Sequence record: PQ464595.1
Reading direction: 5' to 3' (one strand)
Length of the DNA stretch: 64,000 nucleotides
The notes below the pieces were generated by a model that worked only from the letters and a program-made list of their open reading frames with translations, made no database searches and was not told where the DNA came from. Numbering within the stretch: position 1 is the first letter of the stretch; each line of letters begins with the position of its first letter. This document shows positions 34,052 to 44,133 of this stretch, one piece after another. The position numbers and the translations under genes were made by a program.

Positions 34052-34264
34052 TTATGCCGTTTCATCTTTTTGCCCGTCAATGACAGGAACGAAGAATGCA
34101 ATTTTATCCGTTGGGATATGTTCTAGTGTGTTCAAGATAATTCCATTATCTCGTGCGTCAATAACATATCCAGTAAGATTAACCTGATTAATCAAAAAGA
34201 ATGTGTATTGGTATTCTGGATCAAAGGTGAAAATATCTTTGATTTGTGGTTGTGTATTAGCCAT
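34052..34264 (-). CDS. Small hypothetical protein
   Basis: 70-aa ORF. Confidence 0.55.
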   Translation of the reverse strand: MANTQPQIKDIFTFDPEYQYTFFLINQVNLTGYVIDARDNGIILNTLEHIPTDKIAFFVPVIDGQKDETA

Positions 34265-34302
34265 ATTCTATCCATGAAAAAAGGAGGCATAGCCTCCTGT
34301 TA

Positions 34303-35424
34303 TTATAGTTCAATCCCTTGGAAGGATTCTTCTGAAATGTCGTTATCAACTCCACCGATTAGGTAAGAACTGATTTCAGTTTCTTGTGGAGCTACTTGTA
34401 CGTCAGCACCAGTAATCCAGTCCATAGTCCAAGGTAGCGGGTTGTTCTGTCCAATGCTATAAGGGCATTTGATTCCTACAGCACTCATACGCTTACAACC
34501 AATCCAACGAACATATTGTTTTAGGATGGTAGCGTTTAGACCGATGATAGAACCATCTTTGAACAAGAAGTCAGCCCATTCTTCTTCCTGCTGAATCGCA
34601 TCCATGAACATTTGCTGTACTTCATCATAGCATTCTTCTGCGATTTTAGCAAAGTCTGGATCTTCTTTCTTCATTAGGCGAAGCATCATTTGCGTTGCAC
34701 CTAAGTGAATGTTTTCATCACGACAGATGAAACGAATGATTTTCGCATTACCTTCCATCTTCTCATTCTCTGCGAAACTCCAGGAACAAGCAAATGATAC
34801 GTAGAAGCGAATACCTTCTAGAATATTGATACTGTTGATACACAACCAAAGTTTCTTTTTCAGTTCATACATATCAACAACAACTTCTTCACCATTTACG
34901 GTGTGAGTGCCTTCTCCAAGCATACGATACTTTAGAATGTAATTATCTAGGTCATCATAGTACTTCGCAATGTCTTCAGCACAATCGGTAATCTCAGGAA
35001 TATCCAACATGGTATCGAATACTTCTGATGGGTTAGGATAGACGTTACGGATAATATGAGTATACGAACGACTATGGATACTTTCGAAGAAAGCCCAGGT
35101 TTCAATGAAGGATTCGATCTCTGGCAGAGACGCGATTGGTAATAGAGCTAGGTTAGGACCACGACCCTGTACTGAGTCAAGAAGAATCTGACGTTTCAAA
35201 TTCGCAGTGAAGATATGTTTCTCATGGTCTTGTAGTGCTTTGAAATCAATACGGTCTTTAGATAAGTCTACTTCTTGAGGACGCCAGAAGAAACTTTGAT
35301 GGCTTTCAGTCATTTTTTCAAATGGTGAATACTTTACCGCATCATAACGTTGAATGTCTACCGATTCATCTAGGAACATATTCTTTTCTAGATGGGAAGT
35401 TTCATTCTTTTTAAATACTGACAT
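34303..35424 (-). CDS. nrdB: Ribonucleotide reductase class Ia beta subunit
   Basis: FFWRPQEV, LLDSVQGR, ESIHSRSY (radical Tyr), LEGIRFYVSF, RDENIH, VAPQETEISSY. Confidence 0.97.
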   Translation of the reverse strand: MSVFKKNETSHLEKNMFLDESVDIQRYDAVKYSPFEKMTESHQSFFWRPQEVDLSKDRIDFKALQDHEKHIFTANLKRQILLDSVQGRGPNLALLPIASLPEIESFIETWAFFESIHSRSYTHIIRNVYPNPSEVFDTMLDIPEITDCAEDIAKYYDDLDNYILKYRMLGEGTHTVNGEEVVVDMYELKKKLWLCINSINILEGIRFYVSFACSWSFAENEKMEGNAKIIRFICRDENIHLGATQMMLRLMKKEDPDFAKIAEECYDEVQQMFMDAIQQEEEWADFLFKDGSIIGLNATILKQYVRWIGCKRMSAVGIKCPYSIGQNNPLPWTMDWITGADVQVAPQETEISSYLIGGVDNDISEESFQGIEL

Positions 35425-35433
35425 TGTATTTCC

Positions 35434-36207
35434 TTATGTGTTAATCTTTTTACCAAGTTTCCATGAAAGCCAGTGAATATCACGCTGTCCATCTTTGGTA
35501 GTATTGTGTAGGGTTAATAGTTCGTTCCATGTTAGAACGGTGGTGTCTAGTGGTGTATGAGCATGATAACGTGTCATACCATCTTCACAAGGGTCAAACG
35601 CAAGAATCTGAGCACCAGTAATTGTTTTGGCTGGTGGTTGTAAACCTAGCAAATCACGAATATCATCTTCAATAATCTGGAATGTAGCGATTGCTGCGAT
35701 ACTTAGTTCTGACCATTTCTCTTTGATGAAGTCCACTGTTAGTTGCTGATATTTAGAAATGTAATTCTTATCCAGATATTCCCACTTCTCTTTAATAAAA
35801 TCAACAGCCATTGTTTGGTAACGTGAAATCTGTCCAGCAACCTTATCAGAAAAGGCTACCATCTGATCCCATTTCTCAGAAAGAAAATCCTGAGTTAGTT
35901 TTTGATACTTAGCAATGGTTTCAACAGCAGTACTTTGAAAATCTGACCACTTCTCTTTAATCCATTCAATAGGCATAACCACGTACTGTGCTATTACGTT
36001 CTTATTGAACCATTCCCACTTCTCTTTAATGAAATCCATTGTCATAGTTTGATAACGTACTAAAGCGTTCGCATCAAGTTTATGAAAATGTTTCTCAATG
36101 AAATCTTGAGGTAACTTTTGATATTGAACAACCTGGTTCATATCTAAGTCTTCCCAAAATTCTTCAATGAAATCTAAATCCATTGGTTTTGTATAGTCAA
36201 CTTTCAT
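35434..36207 (-). CDS. Tandem-repeat protein (about seven 23-aa YQ.L..DFIKEKW repeats) between nrdA and nrdB
   Basis: Repeats visible in the translation; separate C-terminal domain. Confidence 0.8.
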   Translation of the reverse strand: MKVDYTKPMDLDFIEEFWEDLDMNQVVQYQKLPQDFIEKHFHKLDANALVRYQTMTMDFIKEKWEWFNKNVIAQYVVMPIEWIKEKWSDFQSTAVETIAKYQKLTQDFLSEKWDQMVAFSDKVAGQISRYQTMAVDFIKEKWEYLDKNYISKYQQLTVDFIKEKWSELSIAAIATFQIIEDDIRDLLGLQPPAKTITGAQILAFDPCEDGMTRYHAHTPLDTTVLTWNELLTLHNTTKDGQRDIHWLSWKLGKKINT

Positions 36208-36221
36208 ATTGCTTATCCGAC

Positions 36222-36246
36222 AAAAAACCCCTCACGTGGAGGGGAT
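36222..36246 (-). terminator. Intrinsic terminator after nrdA
   Basis: CCCCTC-ACGTG-GAGGGG with a U6 tract on the minus strand. Confidence 0.75.
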
Positions 36247-36252
36247 CTTATT

Positions 36253-38574
36253 TTAAATCTTACAGCTATCGCAGTCGTCTTCAGCTTCCATTGGAGGTAG
36301 AAGTACTACAATACCTTTTTCTTTCTTTTCGCCTTCTAGTTTATCTAGATCTACTTCACCTGAACCATCGTTCGTGTTCATGTAGTACAAGTTCTTAAGT
36401 CCGTACTTGTAAGCTAATAGTAATTCTGTTAGCAACATATCCATAGACAACTTACCGTTAGGATAGTTCGCTGGATTGTAGCTAGTGTTAGCACTAATAC
36501 TCTGGTCGATATATTTCTGTAGAACACCACAAATCTTGATATAACCTTCGTTGCTTGACTGATCCCAAAGTAGAGTATACTTGTTCTTCAGTTTGCCAAT
36601 TTCTGGCACAACTTGTTTCAAGATACCATCTTTCGATGCTTTAATTGAAACTAGGTTACGTGGCGGTTCAATACCATTAGTACTATTACTAATCTGAGCA
36701 GATGTTTCTGCTGGCATTAGAGCCATTGTTGTTGCGTTACGAATACCATGAACCGCAATCTCAGCACGTAAACCTTCCCAATCCATCTTCAATTCAGTAC
36801 CGACTAGAGTATCAATACTTTTCTTGTAGTTGTCAATTGGTAGGATACCTTGAGCATAACGTAGATTTTCGAATTTCTCACAACGACCTTTTTCTTTCGC
36901 CAACTGTACTGATGATTTAATCAAATAGTACGACCATGCTTCTGACCATTCGTTGATAGTCGCTAAAGCGTTATCATCGTAGCGTAGACCACGTTTAGCG
37001 AGGAAGTAAGCTAGGTTGATGATTCCTACACCTAGTGGGCGATAAGCCTTTGTAGCTCGTTCTGCGTGGATTACAGGGTATTCCTGATAGTCTAGTAGAG
37101 CGTCTAACGCACGAACGGATAGGTCACATGCTTCTTCCATTTGTTCTGGAGTGTCGAAATTACCCCAATTGATTGCTGCTAGAGTACAGAGGCTGATTAG
37201 ACCTTCTTCATCATCTTTAACATCCTCGAAAGGAATAGATGGTAAAGCAATCTCTTGACACAAGTTACTTTGTTCAATCGGTGCTACTGATGGGTCAAAC
37301 GGTGAATGCTCATTCACTAAGTCAATATTCTGAATATAGATACGACCAGTTTCAGAACGTTCAGTCATTACCTGAGTGAATACTTCTAGTGCTGGGAGAG
37401 TCTTTTTACGAATGCTTGGGTCTGCTTCATATTTCTGATAAAGTTTTTCGAACTTATCTTGATCCGCACAGAATGCTTCATACAATCCAGGAACATCACT
37501 TGGTGAGAAGAAAGTAATATTTTTGCGTTGTAGCAAACGTTGATACAGAGTTTTATTAATCTGGAAACAGTAATCCAACTGACGAACACGAGATACTTCA
37601 GTACCTTTGTTATTCTTCAGTACTACAAGGTCTTCGAACTCATAGTGCCATAATGGGAAGTGAACTGTAGCAGCACCACCACGAACACCACCTTGAGAAC
37701 AAGATTTAACAGTTTTAGCAACTGCGTGTAGGAATGGAATCAAACCTGTATGAACTGCATCACCACCACGAATTTCAGAACCAACAGCACGAACACGACC
37801 GTAGTTAACACCTAAACCAGCTTTCTTAGAAATGTACTTCATGATAGCACTGTTACCAGCACTAATGCTGTCTAGGCTATCACCAACGTTCATAACTACA
37901 CAAGAACTGAATTGGCGTGTATTGGTACGAAGACCAGCCATAATTGGAGTTGGAAGAGAAATGTCAAAGTTACTGATTGCATCGTAGAATTTCTTAACCC
38001 ACTGAATACGGTTTTCAGTATAATTCATGAATACGATGGCGGCAATCATCATATATGCCATTTGTGGAGTTTCGAAGATTTGTGCTTCGATACCTTTCTT
38101 GGAACGGTTCTGTACTAGGTACTTACCTTCCCATTGCTTCATAGCAACGAAAGTAAATTTATCATCACGTTTGTGTTTGATATAGCGACCAAGTTCTTCT
38201 AGTTCATGAGTAGTGTACTTATCTAGAATCTCAGGATCGTACTTATCATTTTGAACTAATTTGTTTACGTGATCGAGGAATTTGATTGGCTCATAAGTTC
38301 CATATACTTGCTTACGTAGAGAATAGTTAATCAATCTACCAGCAACATATTGGTAATTAGGAGTTTCTTCAGAAATTAGTTCTGAAGCGGCTTTGATTAG
38401 AATGTCATGAATGGTCTTAGTACTCATACCTTCAAAGAACTGAAGTTGAGAACGCATTTCAATTTCTGAAACTGAAACGCCTGTTAAACCTTCACACGCA
38501 AAAAATAAAATCTGGTGAATTTTATCTAGATCTAGTGCTTCCTTAGCACCATTACGTTTAGTAACGTTAATCAT
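36253..38574 (-). CDS. nrdA: Ribonucleotide reductase class Ia alpha subunit
   Basis: ATP cone (VTKRNG), FSSCVV, NLCQEI, LCTLAAIN, LYYMNT, C-terminal CDSC. Confidence 0.97.
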   Translation of the reverse strand: MINVTKRNGAKEALDLDKIHQILFFACEGLTGVSVSEIEMRSQLQFFEGMSTKTIHDILIKAASELISEETPNYQYVAGRLINYSLRKQVYGTYEPIKFLDHVNKLVQNDKYDPEILDKYTTHELEELGRYIKHKRDDKFTFVAMKQWEGKYLVQNRSKKGIEAQIFETPQMAYMMIAAIVFMNYTENRIQWVKKFYDAISNFDISLPTPIMAGLRTNTRQFSSCVVMNVGDSLDSISAGNSAIMKYISKKAGLGVNYGRVRAVGSEIRGGDAVHTGLIPFLHAVAKTVKSCSQGGVRGGAATVHFPLWHYEFEDLVVLKNNKGTEVSRVRQLDYCFQINKTLYQRLLQRKNITFFSPSDVPGLYEAFCADQDKFEKLYQKYEADPSIRKKTLPALEVFTQVMTERSETGRIYIQNIDLVNEHSPFDPSVAPIEQSNLCQEIALPSIPFEDVKDDEEGLISLCTLAAINWGNFDTPEQMEEACDLSVRALDALLDYQEYPVIHAERATKAYRPLGVGIINLAYFLAKRGLRYDDNALATINEWSEAWSYYLIKSSVQLAKEKGRCEKFENLRYAQGILPIDNYKKSIDTLVGTELKMDWEGLRAEIAVHGIRNATTMALMPAETSAQISNSTNGIEPPRNLVSIKASKDGILKQVVPEIGKLKNKYTLLWDQSSNEGYIKICGVLQKYIDQSISANTSYNPANYPNGKLSMDMLLTELLLAYKYGLKNLYYMNTNDGSGEVDLDKLEGEKKEKGIVVLLPPMEAEDDCDSCKI

Positions 38575-38649
38575 TATACATCCTTGTTGTTGTTTTTCTT
38601 AAAATTTGTGGTTCTTTATTTATAAGGGTCGAAAAAAGGCGGGAGCCTT

Positions 38650-39228
38650 TTAAATAGCATCCCACCCGCGAAGTATGTACTCAACAGTAAAGGCTTCAGC
38701 ACTATCGTTAGAAAGTGTTACTGCCATTCTGTTGGTTCCTGTATCAAAAGCTGGATCTTCAAATTCGATCACTGCTAGACCTTCAGGTTGATTTGTGTTG
38801 TTTTGTTGGGCGATAAGTACTGTACCGTCCTGAACCACAAGTTGTACTGAGCCAGATTCTAGTAAAGTACTTCCTGTAGCATTACTAAATCCAACGTACT
38901 CAATGAATAATCTTGATGTACTTTGTACGTTTACTGTTACTGTTCCATTTGCTGGTACTGTAACTTTATATGGTTTATTGATTAGTTCGTTTAGAATACT
39001 CCAAGGTGTAAACTCTGTAAGAATTTCCACATTTTCCTTTCCACTATTTGGGGCGTTATCCCATGTTCTACCAGCAACTAATGAAGAAGGTTCAGAAGAA
39101 CTTGGTAGGCCGATAAAACAGCGACCTACGTCAGTACTAAATCCGATTTGTCCTTTCTCAAGAGCCAACGGTAAGTCACGTTGTTTACCCATACGAACTT
39201 GCATCAAAGCAATTTCTTTTTGAGCCAT
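38650..39228 (-). CDS. Virion protein with an Mtd_N/hyaluronidase-N-like N-terminal motif (tail or baseplate associated)
   Basis: QVRMG...LP..L..GQIGFSTD..RCFIG; TAAATA at 39258-39263. Confidence 0.5.
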   Translation of the reverse strand: MAQKEIALMQVRMGKQRDLPLALEKGQIGFSTDVGRCFIGLPSSSEPSSLVAGRTWDNAPNSGKENVEILTEFTPWSILNELINKPYKVTVPANGTVTVNVQSTSRLFIEYVGFSNATGSTLLESGSVQLVVQDGTVLIAQQNNTNQPEGLAVIEFEDPAFDTGTNRMAVTLSNDSAEAFTVEYILRGWDAI

Positions 39229-39256
39229 AACTAAAATCTCCTATTAAAGTATAGAA

Positions 39257-39808
39257 TTATTTAGTGCTTTCGGCCTGAGCTTTAACATCAGCAATACGCT
39301 TCTCGATTAGCTCATTTACCTTTGCTCCATCAACAGAAGATAGGATAGCTGCTGGTACAGCAGTTTTCAAGTGTTTTAGGAACGGAGCAAAAGATTTGAA
39401 ATCTTTCTCTTTTAGTGCTTGTACAATAATATCAACATCATCTTGAGCACTTTCAGTACGAACAATTTGTACTTCATCTTCAGGAATAACCACTGAACTT
39501 TGAATTTCTTCGATGATAGCTTGTTGTTCTACTGTATTTGTTTTATATTCAAGTACTGCTTCATCAACTGTAGAACCTTCTACAGTAGGAGATTCTTGAA
39601 CCATTAGGTCAGCGATTTCTTCAGAGATTTGTTGAACAGTTTTACCGCCACGCATCTTATAATCTTTTACTGCCTGAATTAGTTTTACTGGAAGTGGTAG
39701 TTTATCCAGTTCTGAATTGTCTTGTTTGATCAATTCTTCAATATCGTAACCCTTAGCTTGTACTGCTTTGATTGCGAAAATATCTTGTTTCATTGCTCTT
39801 AATCCCAT
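39257..39808 (-). CDS. Hypothetical acidic protein
   Basis: Start moved to MGLRAM (GGAG RBS). Confidence 0.7.
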   Translation of the reverse strand: MGLRAMKQDIFAIKAVQAKGYDIEELIKQDNSELDKLPLPVKLIQAVKDYKMRGGKTVQQISEEIADLMVQESPTVEGSTVDEAVLEYKTNTVEQQAIIEEIQSSVVIPEDEVQIVRTESAQDDVDIIVQALKEKDFKSFAPFLKHLKTAVPAAILSSVDGAKVNELIEKRIADVKAQAESTK

Positions 39809-39809
39809 T

Positions 39810-40511
39810 TTACATTTCTCCACGTTGTGCGTAATACATTTCTACACGCTCAATCCACATATTGACTGCTTCTTCAAAATCAGCACCTTCAATAATGAAT
39901 TCTTGATATTCCAGATTTTCAGGGTCTTGCCTAACACAAATAAAAATAACACCGCGATTAATCGTAGTGCCATGTTGTTGATTATGTGCTAATGCGTAAG
40001 CTGCGATCTGAAGACGGTAGTTTTCAATGTATTCCCACGTCTTAGGTTTACGGGAGTTTTTATAGTCCATTATACTAGGGATGCCATCATGTATGCCTAC
40101 TAAGTCGGTTGTTCCCGCCCAAAGTCCTTCATAATATAAAGGTACTTCTTGACCCCATACTTCATTGATAAGAGGCCAGGCTTTTGCCTGTATAACATCA
40201 GCCATATTACGAGCCAGTACTCTAATAGGCATTCCACCTTTATGATCTGGATCGCCAACTAATCTGCGTTCTAGATTTTCATGCATGAACGTTCCGACTG
40301 TTGTAGCTTCTAATGTTATTTCGTTGGCTTTCTTTTCACCAACGGCGGCTCGCCATTTCTTTAATCCTTCATCATCAGAAGTGGCACTTAGTATTGTAGT
40401 CACGCTTGGCAGGTTTCCGCTTGGGGTAGAATAAAGGCGACCATCAGGGCCGCCTTCAATTCGTTCATAACCTGTATACGTGTACTTATTGACAATAGGT
40501 GGTATGTACAT
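39810..40511 (-). CDS. PD-(D/E)XK exonuclease (lambda-exo/Cas4/RecB-like)
   Basis: PSVTTIL, GTFMH..LE, QEVPL, GTTDLV, IMDYKNS, LQIAAYA. Confidence 0.88.
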   Translation of the reverse strand: MYIPPIVNKYTYTGYERIEGGPDGRLYSTPSGNLPSVTTILSATSDDEGLKKWRAAVGEKKANEITLEATTVGTFMHENLERRLVGDPDHKGGMPIRVLARNMADVIQAKAWPLINEVWGQEVPLYYEGLWAGTTDLVGIHDGIPSIMDYKNSRKPKTWEYIENYRLQIAAYALAHNQQHGTTINRGVIFICVRQDPENLEYQEFIIEGADFEEAVNMWIERVEMYYAQRGEM

Positions 40512-40550
40512 CCTGTACTCCTATATTATAGCACATGTTTTTAGTTTGTT

Positions 40551-40886
40551 TCAAAAATCTTGTTTTAAGTTGTTTGCTGCTGCTTTTGTTGCCATGTCCT
40601 CTACTTGATCTTCAGAAGATTCAACATTGTCACCACTTGGTGTAGTGTCATTGCCTTGTAGAGTAACTATGTCAGAGTTTGCATCTTGAACGAATGGTAG
40701 TTCATTCAGAATGTCCATCATGACGTTATAAGGAACATCAATATTAGTACGCTTCTTAATCTCATTAATTAGAGATTGAACACTGATCTGTTCTCTGCCA
40801 GTGGCAATAAGAGACAGTGCGATAGTACTAATCATGTTCCTAATATCTTTTCCTGGAGCATCCTCGGTTATTTGACTATAACGCAT
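40551..40886 (-). CDS. Acidic hypothetical protein, probable head/core component
   Basis: N-terminus MRYSQITE|D resembles a capsid-targeting or cleavage leader. Confidence 0.6.
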   Translation of the reverse strand: MRYSQITEDAPGKDIRNMISTIALSLIATGREQISVQSLINEIKKRTNIDVPYNVMMDILNELPFVQDANSDIVTLQGNDTTPSGDNVESSEDQVEDMATKAAANNLKQDF

Positions 40887-40898
40887 ATAACCCTCCGA

Positions 40899-41549
40899 TT
40901 ATTTTAGGATCTTCAGAACCTTAGCGATTTTATTTTCGTTTTCAGAAAGCCATTGGTTCATTTCTTTCTTAGAGTTAAAGTACTTATTACCTACAGTACC
41001 TTTAACGCTTTCTAGTTGAATACCAATACGCTTAGGTTTAGCAGATTCCTTCATCTCACGATCCATTGGAGTTGGTTCTGGTAGATCACCAGCATCACCC
41101 AAATCAGCATCGTCTTCGAAGTCGAAATCACCTTCTGGAGTATCTACATCTAGAGATACATCATCAGTTCCAAAATCATCTGCACCTAGATCAGAAACAT
41201 CAGGAGACGCAGTAATGTCACCAGTTAGTTTTAGAGTTTCAGTACTGATTTTGTCTTTAACATCCATAATAGTTTTAACAGCATGATCTAGAAGACCACT
41301 GATGTTATTACGGAATGATTCGGCTGCTTCAAGGCCATGTTCAGCTTTAATACGGTCTAGTAGTGGACCTAGTACGTCAACACCCATGTTGTTGATTACT
41401 TCAGCTTGACGTTGTAGCTTATCTACGATTTCACCCTTAACTGCTAGTACAATTTCAGCTTTCTCAATATTTGATTCATTAAGTTGAACAAAATTTAAAG
41501 CTTCAACGCGACTGCCGGATTCCATCATTTTTTGAAATTGTTTTGACAT
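40899..41549 (-). CDS. Acidic hypothetical protein, probable prohead core/scaffold
   Basis: MME|S, LNE|S and MKE|S motifs; D-rich linker; TAAATA at 41582-41587. Confidence 0.55.
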   Translation of the reverse strand: MSKQFQKMMESGSRVEALNFVQLNESNIEKAEIVLAVKGEIVDKLQRQAEVINNMGVDVLGPLLDRIKAEHGLEAAESFRNNISGLLDHAVKTIMDVKDKISTETLKLTGDITASPDVSDLGADDFGTDDVSLDVDTPEGDFDFEDDADLGDAGDLPEPTPMDREMKESAKPKRIGIQLESVKGTVGNKYFNSKKEMNQWLSENENKIAKVLKILK

Positions 41550-41580
41550 TGTTATTTCCTTATAAATGAAATTTATATCC

Positions 41581-42390
41581 TTATTTAGTTATGAATCCTT
41601 CTTCTTTTAAGAAGTTCAATACTCTTGCTTTCAAGTCTTGGGCTTTTTTCTTGTGTTCAGCAATAACTGTATCAAGTTCCTGAGCCTTGTCATACTTAGA
41701 TTCTTTAAGTACGTTTTGACGTTCTTTGGCAGCTTTAATAGCTTCCTTAACGACATTAGTGTATTGAATACCAGAACTAATGATACCAAGTACTTTAGTA
41801 TCAGTTAAGGTTCTACCAGCGTTTAGAAGATTACGTAGTGCTAAAGCTGATTCATACATCATAATATTGTCTAAAACAACCTGATTGGTTGCTAAACATT
41901 TTATGCTGTACGTTTTAGCATTCTTCATACCAAGTACCGATTCTTCAATAATACCCCAATTCATTCCTGGAACATATGGGCGATTTTGTTGTACTGGTGC
42001 TTGTTGAGATTGCTGTTGTTGTGTTTGAGGTTTTACTTGACGCATACGAACAGCGATAGGATCTTCTATAAAATCCTCACCTGCTTGCGGTTCATAATAA
42101 CCATAAATGCTATCATAATCATTATCAGAATCTACATTAACGTATTCCTGACCATAAAATGATTCTTCTTGAATATTACCATATTCTCCGGTCAGTTCTT
42201 GTAGACCGTTTAAAAGATTCTTTGTTTCAGCAAGATTAACTTGAGCAAAGTCATTCACAAAAGTACTACCATCTGGTAATTTCTTCTGTACTGGCTTTCC
42301 TTCTTCAATGTCATCGAATGCTGAAAGAATATCTCCCATTAGATCAACACCGTGTTTATGGTGTTCGAAATTTCCGAAATCATCACTCAT
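41581..42390 (-). CDS. Hypothetical protein (head cluster)
   Basis: 269 aa, poly-Q linker, helical C-terminus. Confidence 0.65.
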   Translation of the reverse strand: MSDDFGNFEHHKHGVDLMGDILSAFDDIEEGKPVQKKLPDGSTFVNDFAQVNLAETKNLLNGLQELTGEYGNIQEESFYGQEYVNVDSDNDYDSIYGYYEPQAGEDFIEDPIAVRMRQVKPQTQQQQSQQAPVQQNRPYVPGMNWGIIEESVLGMKNAKTYSIKCLATNQVVLDNIMMYESALALRNLLNAGRTLTDTKVLGIISSGIQYTNVVKEAIKAAKERQNVLKESKYDKAQELDTVIAEHKKKAQDLKARVLNFLKEEGFITK

Positions 42391-42605
42391 TGCTTACTCC
42401 TTTTAATTGATACAAAATATTCAGTTCCGTCTTTATCTACCTTATTTAGAATTCCACGAGAGACGAGTTTATCACCCATCTCTTGATAGTATTCGCCAAA
42501 GTACTCAACTGGCATCTCAACATTTGCGTCAATTTTCTTAATGAGACGGTATTCTTCATTTGATACAATTATGGTAAAACCTTTATTTGTACCGACCGAT
42601 CTCAT
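42387..42605 (-). CDS. Small hypothetical protein, possibly winged-helix
   Basis: 72 aa, ...LVSRGILNK... Confidence 0.6.
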   Translation of the reverse strand: MRSVGTNKGFTIIVSNEEYRLIKKIDANVEMPVEYFGEYYQEMGDKLVSRGILNKVDKDGTEYFVSIKRSKQ

Positions 42606-43531
42606 TATCTTCCTCTCATTCTTGAACAGAAGTCGATAATCTGAGAAAGAACTTCATCAGCATTATGCATACCTTCGTTACCTTGTGGTGATTCTTCACC
42701 AGTGGTATCTTCTGAACCTTCAATATCACCAATTGCTTGTGATAGTCTACCTAAACTTGGATTCTCATGAGTTAGTGGAGAAGATTGTTGTTCAATACTT
42801 CTTTGTTGTTCTGGAGCCATGATAGCACCTTCACTGTTATCCACTTCATCGTGTTCATCATCTTCCTGAACCGGTTCAATGTCATTTAGACCAAATACGT
42901 TTACTTGGTTGGCTTTTGATGGATCTTTGGTAACTACTAGACTTTTATCTGGAGTTGGACCAATATCCACACCAACAACGTTAGCGAGTTCAGTACTACC
43001 AGCTTGGTTCCCAGGAACAGATACTTTAAAATTCGTGTTCGACGCATTACGTTGTAAATCCGCTTGCTTCATTTTAATAGCAGTTTGTGGATTCACCTGT
43101 GATTGCTGTTGAGCAGTGTTTTGTTTATTGATTTGGTTCGCATTCATTTGTGAAGTAATATCTTCATTCAATTCATCGAATACCAAAGTTTTGATTTCAG
43201 CTAGTGTTAGGTGAGAGTTCTCACGCAACGCAAAAGCACAATTTGCTCTATAGAATTCTTCCAGTTCTGTAACTGTAAGCTTGTTCAATGCGTTCACTTC
43301 TGCTGACTCATTAATTTTGTTCGAAGCGAAAAGTTTATAATTCTCGCTCATTTGTGCTTTGTACTTTTGTAGTACTTGCATGATAGCTCGGTTGTCTGAG
43401 TTATCCATTGCTTGGTTGATTTCTACAAAATCACCAGCATCCATAGCATTCAGGGCTTGGTTTACATCCATTTGTAAGCCATTCGCATCTGCGAACTTTT
43501 GAAGCTCTTGTGCGGTTTGTTGTATATCCAT
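42605..43531 (-). CDS. Acidic Q/N-rich hypothetical protein, probable head core
   Basis: INE|S and LNE|D motifs; ATAAATA at 43571-43577. Confidence 0.6.
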   Translation of the reverse strand: MDIQQTAQELQKFADANGLQMDVNQALNAMDAGDFVEINQAMDNSDNRAIMQVLQKYKAQMSENYKLFASNKINESAEVNALNKLTVTELEEFYRANCAFALRENSHLTLAEIKTLVFDELNEDITSQMNANQINKQNTAQQQSQVNPQTAIKMKQADLQRNASNTNFKVSVPGNQAGSTELANVVGVDIGPTPDKSLVVTKDPSKANQVNVFGLNDIEPVQEDDEHDEVDNSEGAIMAPEQQRSIEQQSSPLTHENPSLGRLSQAIGDIEGSEDTTGEESPQGNEGMHNADEVLSQIIDFCSRMRGR

Positions 43532-43576
43532 ATTATCTCCAAAAAGAAAAACCTTTTCTGTACATGAAGATATTTA

Positions 43577-43975
43577 TCATGTACGGGAAAAGGTTTGCTT
43601 AGTAATGCTAATATTCCGTTCAGAGGTAGTACTGTTGAATTTTGTTAGACGTGCACCATTAACTGTAGTTGGTAGTACTAGAGGTACACCACTTACCGAT
43701 AATTCCACATCCATTGGCAATGCGAATTTGAAAGTACTCACGACACATTCTCCCCATGCACTGGGAAGATTGTAAAATGATGAATTGTTGTTCTTACTCA
43801 AGTCAACTTCAGTTTTAACAACACTCACCATCATTGGCCTATCGAATACCATAACACATTCCAGCAATCTTGACAAATTCATCGCACCAGTAAATTCTCC
43901 ATTCACAATTGTTGGAGTACTACCATCACCAATGTCGATTACAGTGTTGATTGTGTAAAATGTATAAGAAGTCAT
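43577..43975 (-). CDS. Hypothetical late protein
   Basis: 132 aa, in the late cluster. Confidence 0.65.
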   Translation of the reverse strand: MTSYTFYTINTVIDIGDGSTPTIVNGEFTGAMNLSRLLECVMVFDRPMMVSVVKTEVDLSKNNNSSFYNLPSAWGECVVSTFKFALPMDVELSVSGVPLVLPTTVNGARLTKFNSTTSERNISITKQTFSRT

Positions 43976-43976
43976 G

Positions 43977-44132
43977 TTAATCCTTTTTGCCTTTATATTC
44001 TTTGTATCCGAAGAAATTCGATTTAGGCATTCTTGTAATTAGTGGATAATTAAGCCCACCGCTTACAGATGCGATTGAACCAGAACTGGTAGCACCGGAA
44101 GAAGCATTTTCGTTTACTTTTTTCTTTTTCAT
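43977..44132 (-). CDS. Small protein, 51 aa, not in the ORF track
   Basis: MKKKKVNENASSGATSSGSIASVSGGLNYPLITRMPKSNFFGYKEYKGKKD; fills the gap exactly between its neighbours. Confidence 0.7.
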   Translation of the reverse strand: MKKKKVNENASSGATSSGSIASVSGGLNYPLITRMPKSNFFGYKEYKGKKD

Positions 44133-44133
44133 A

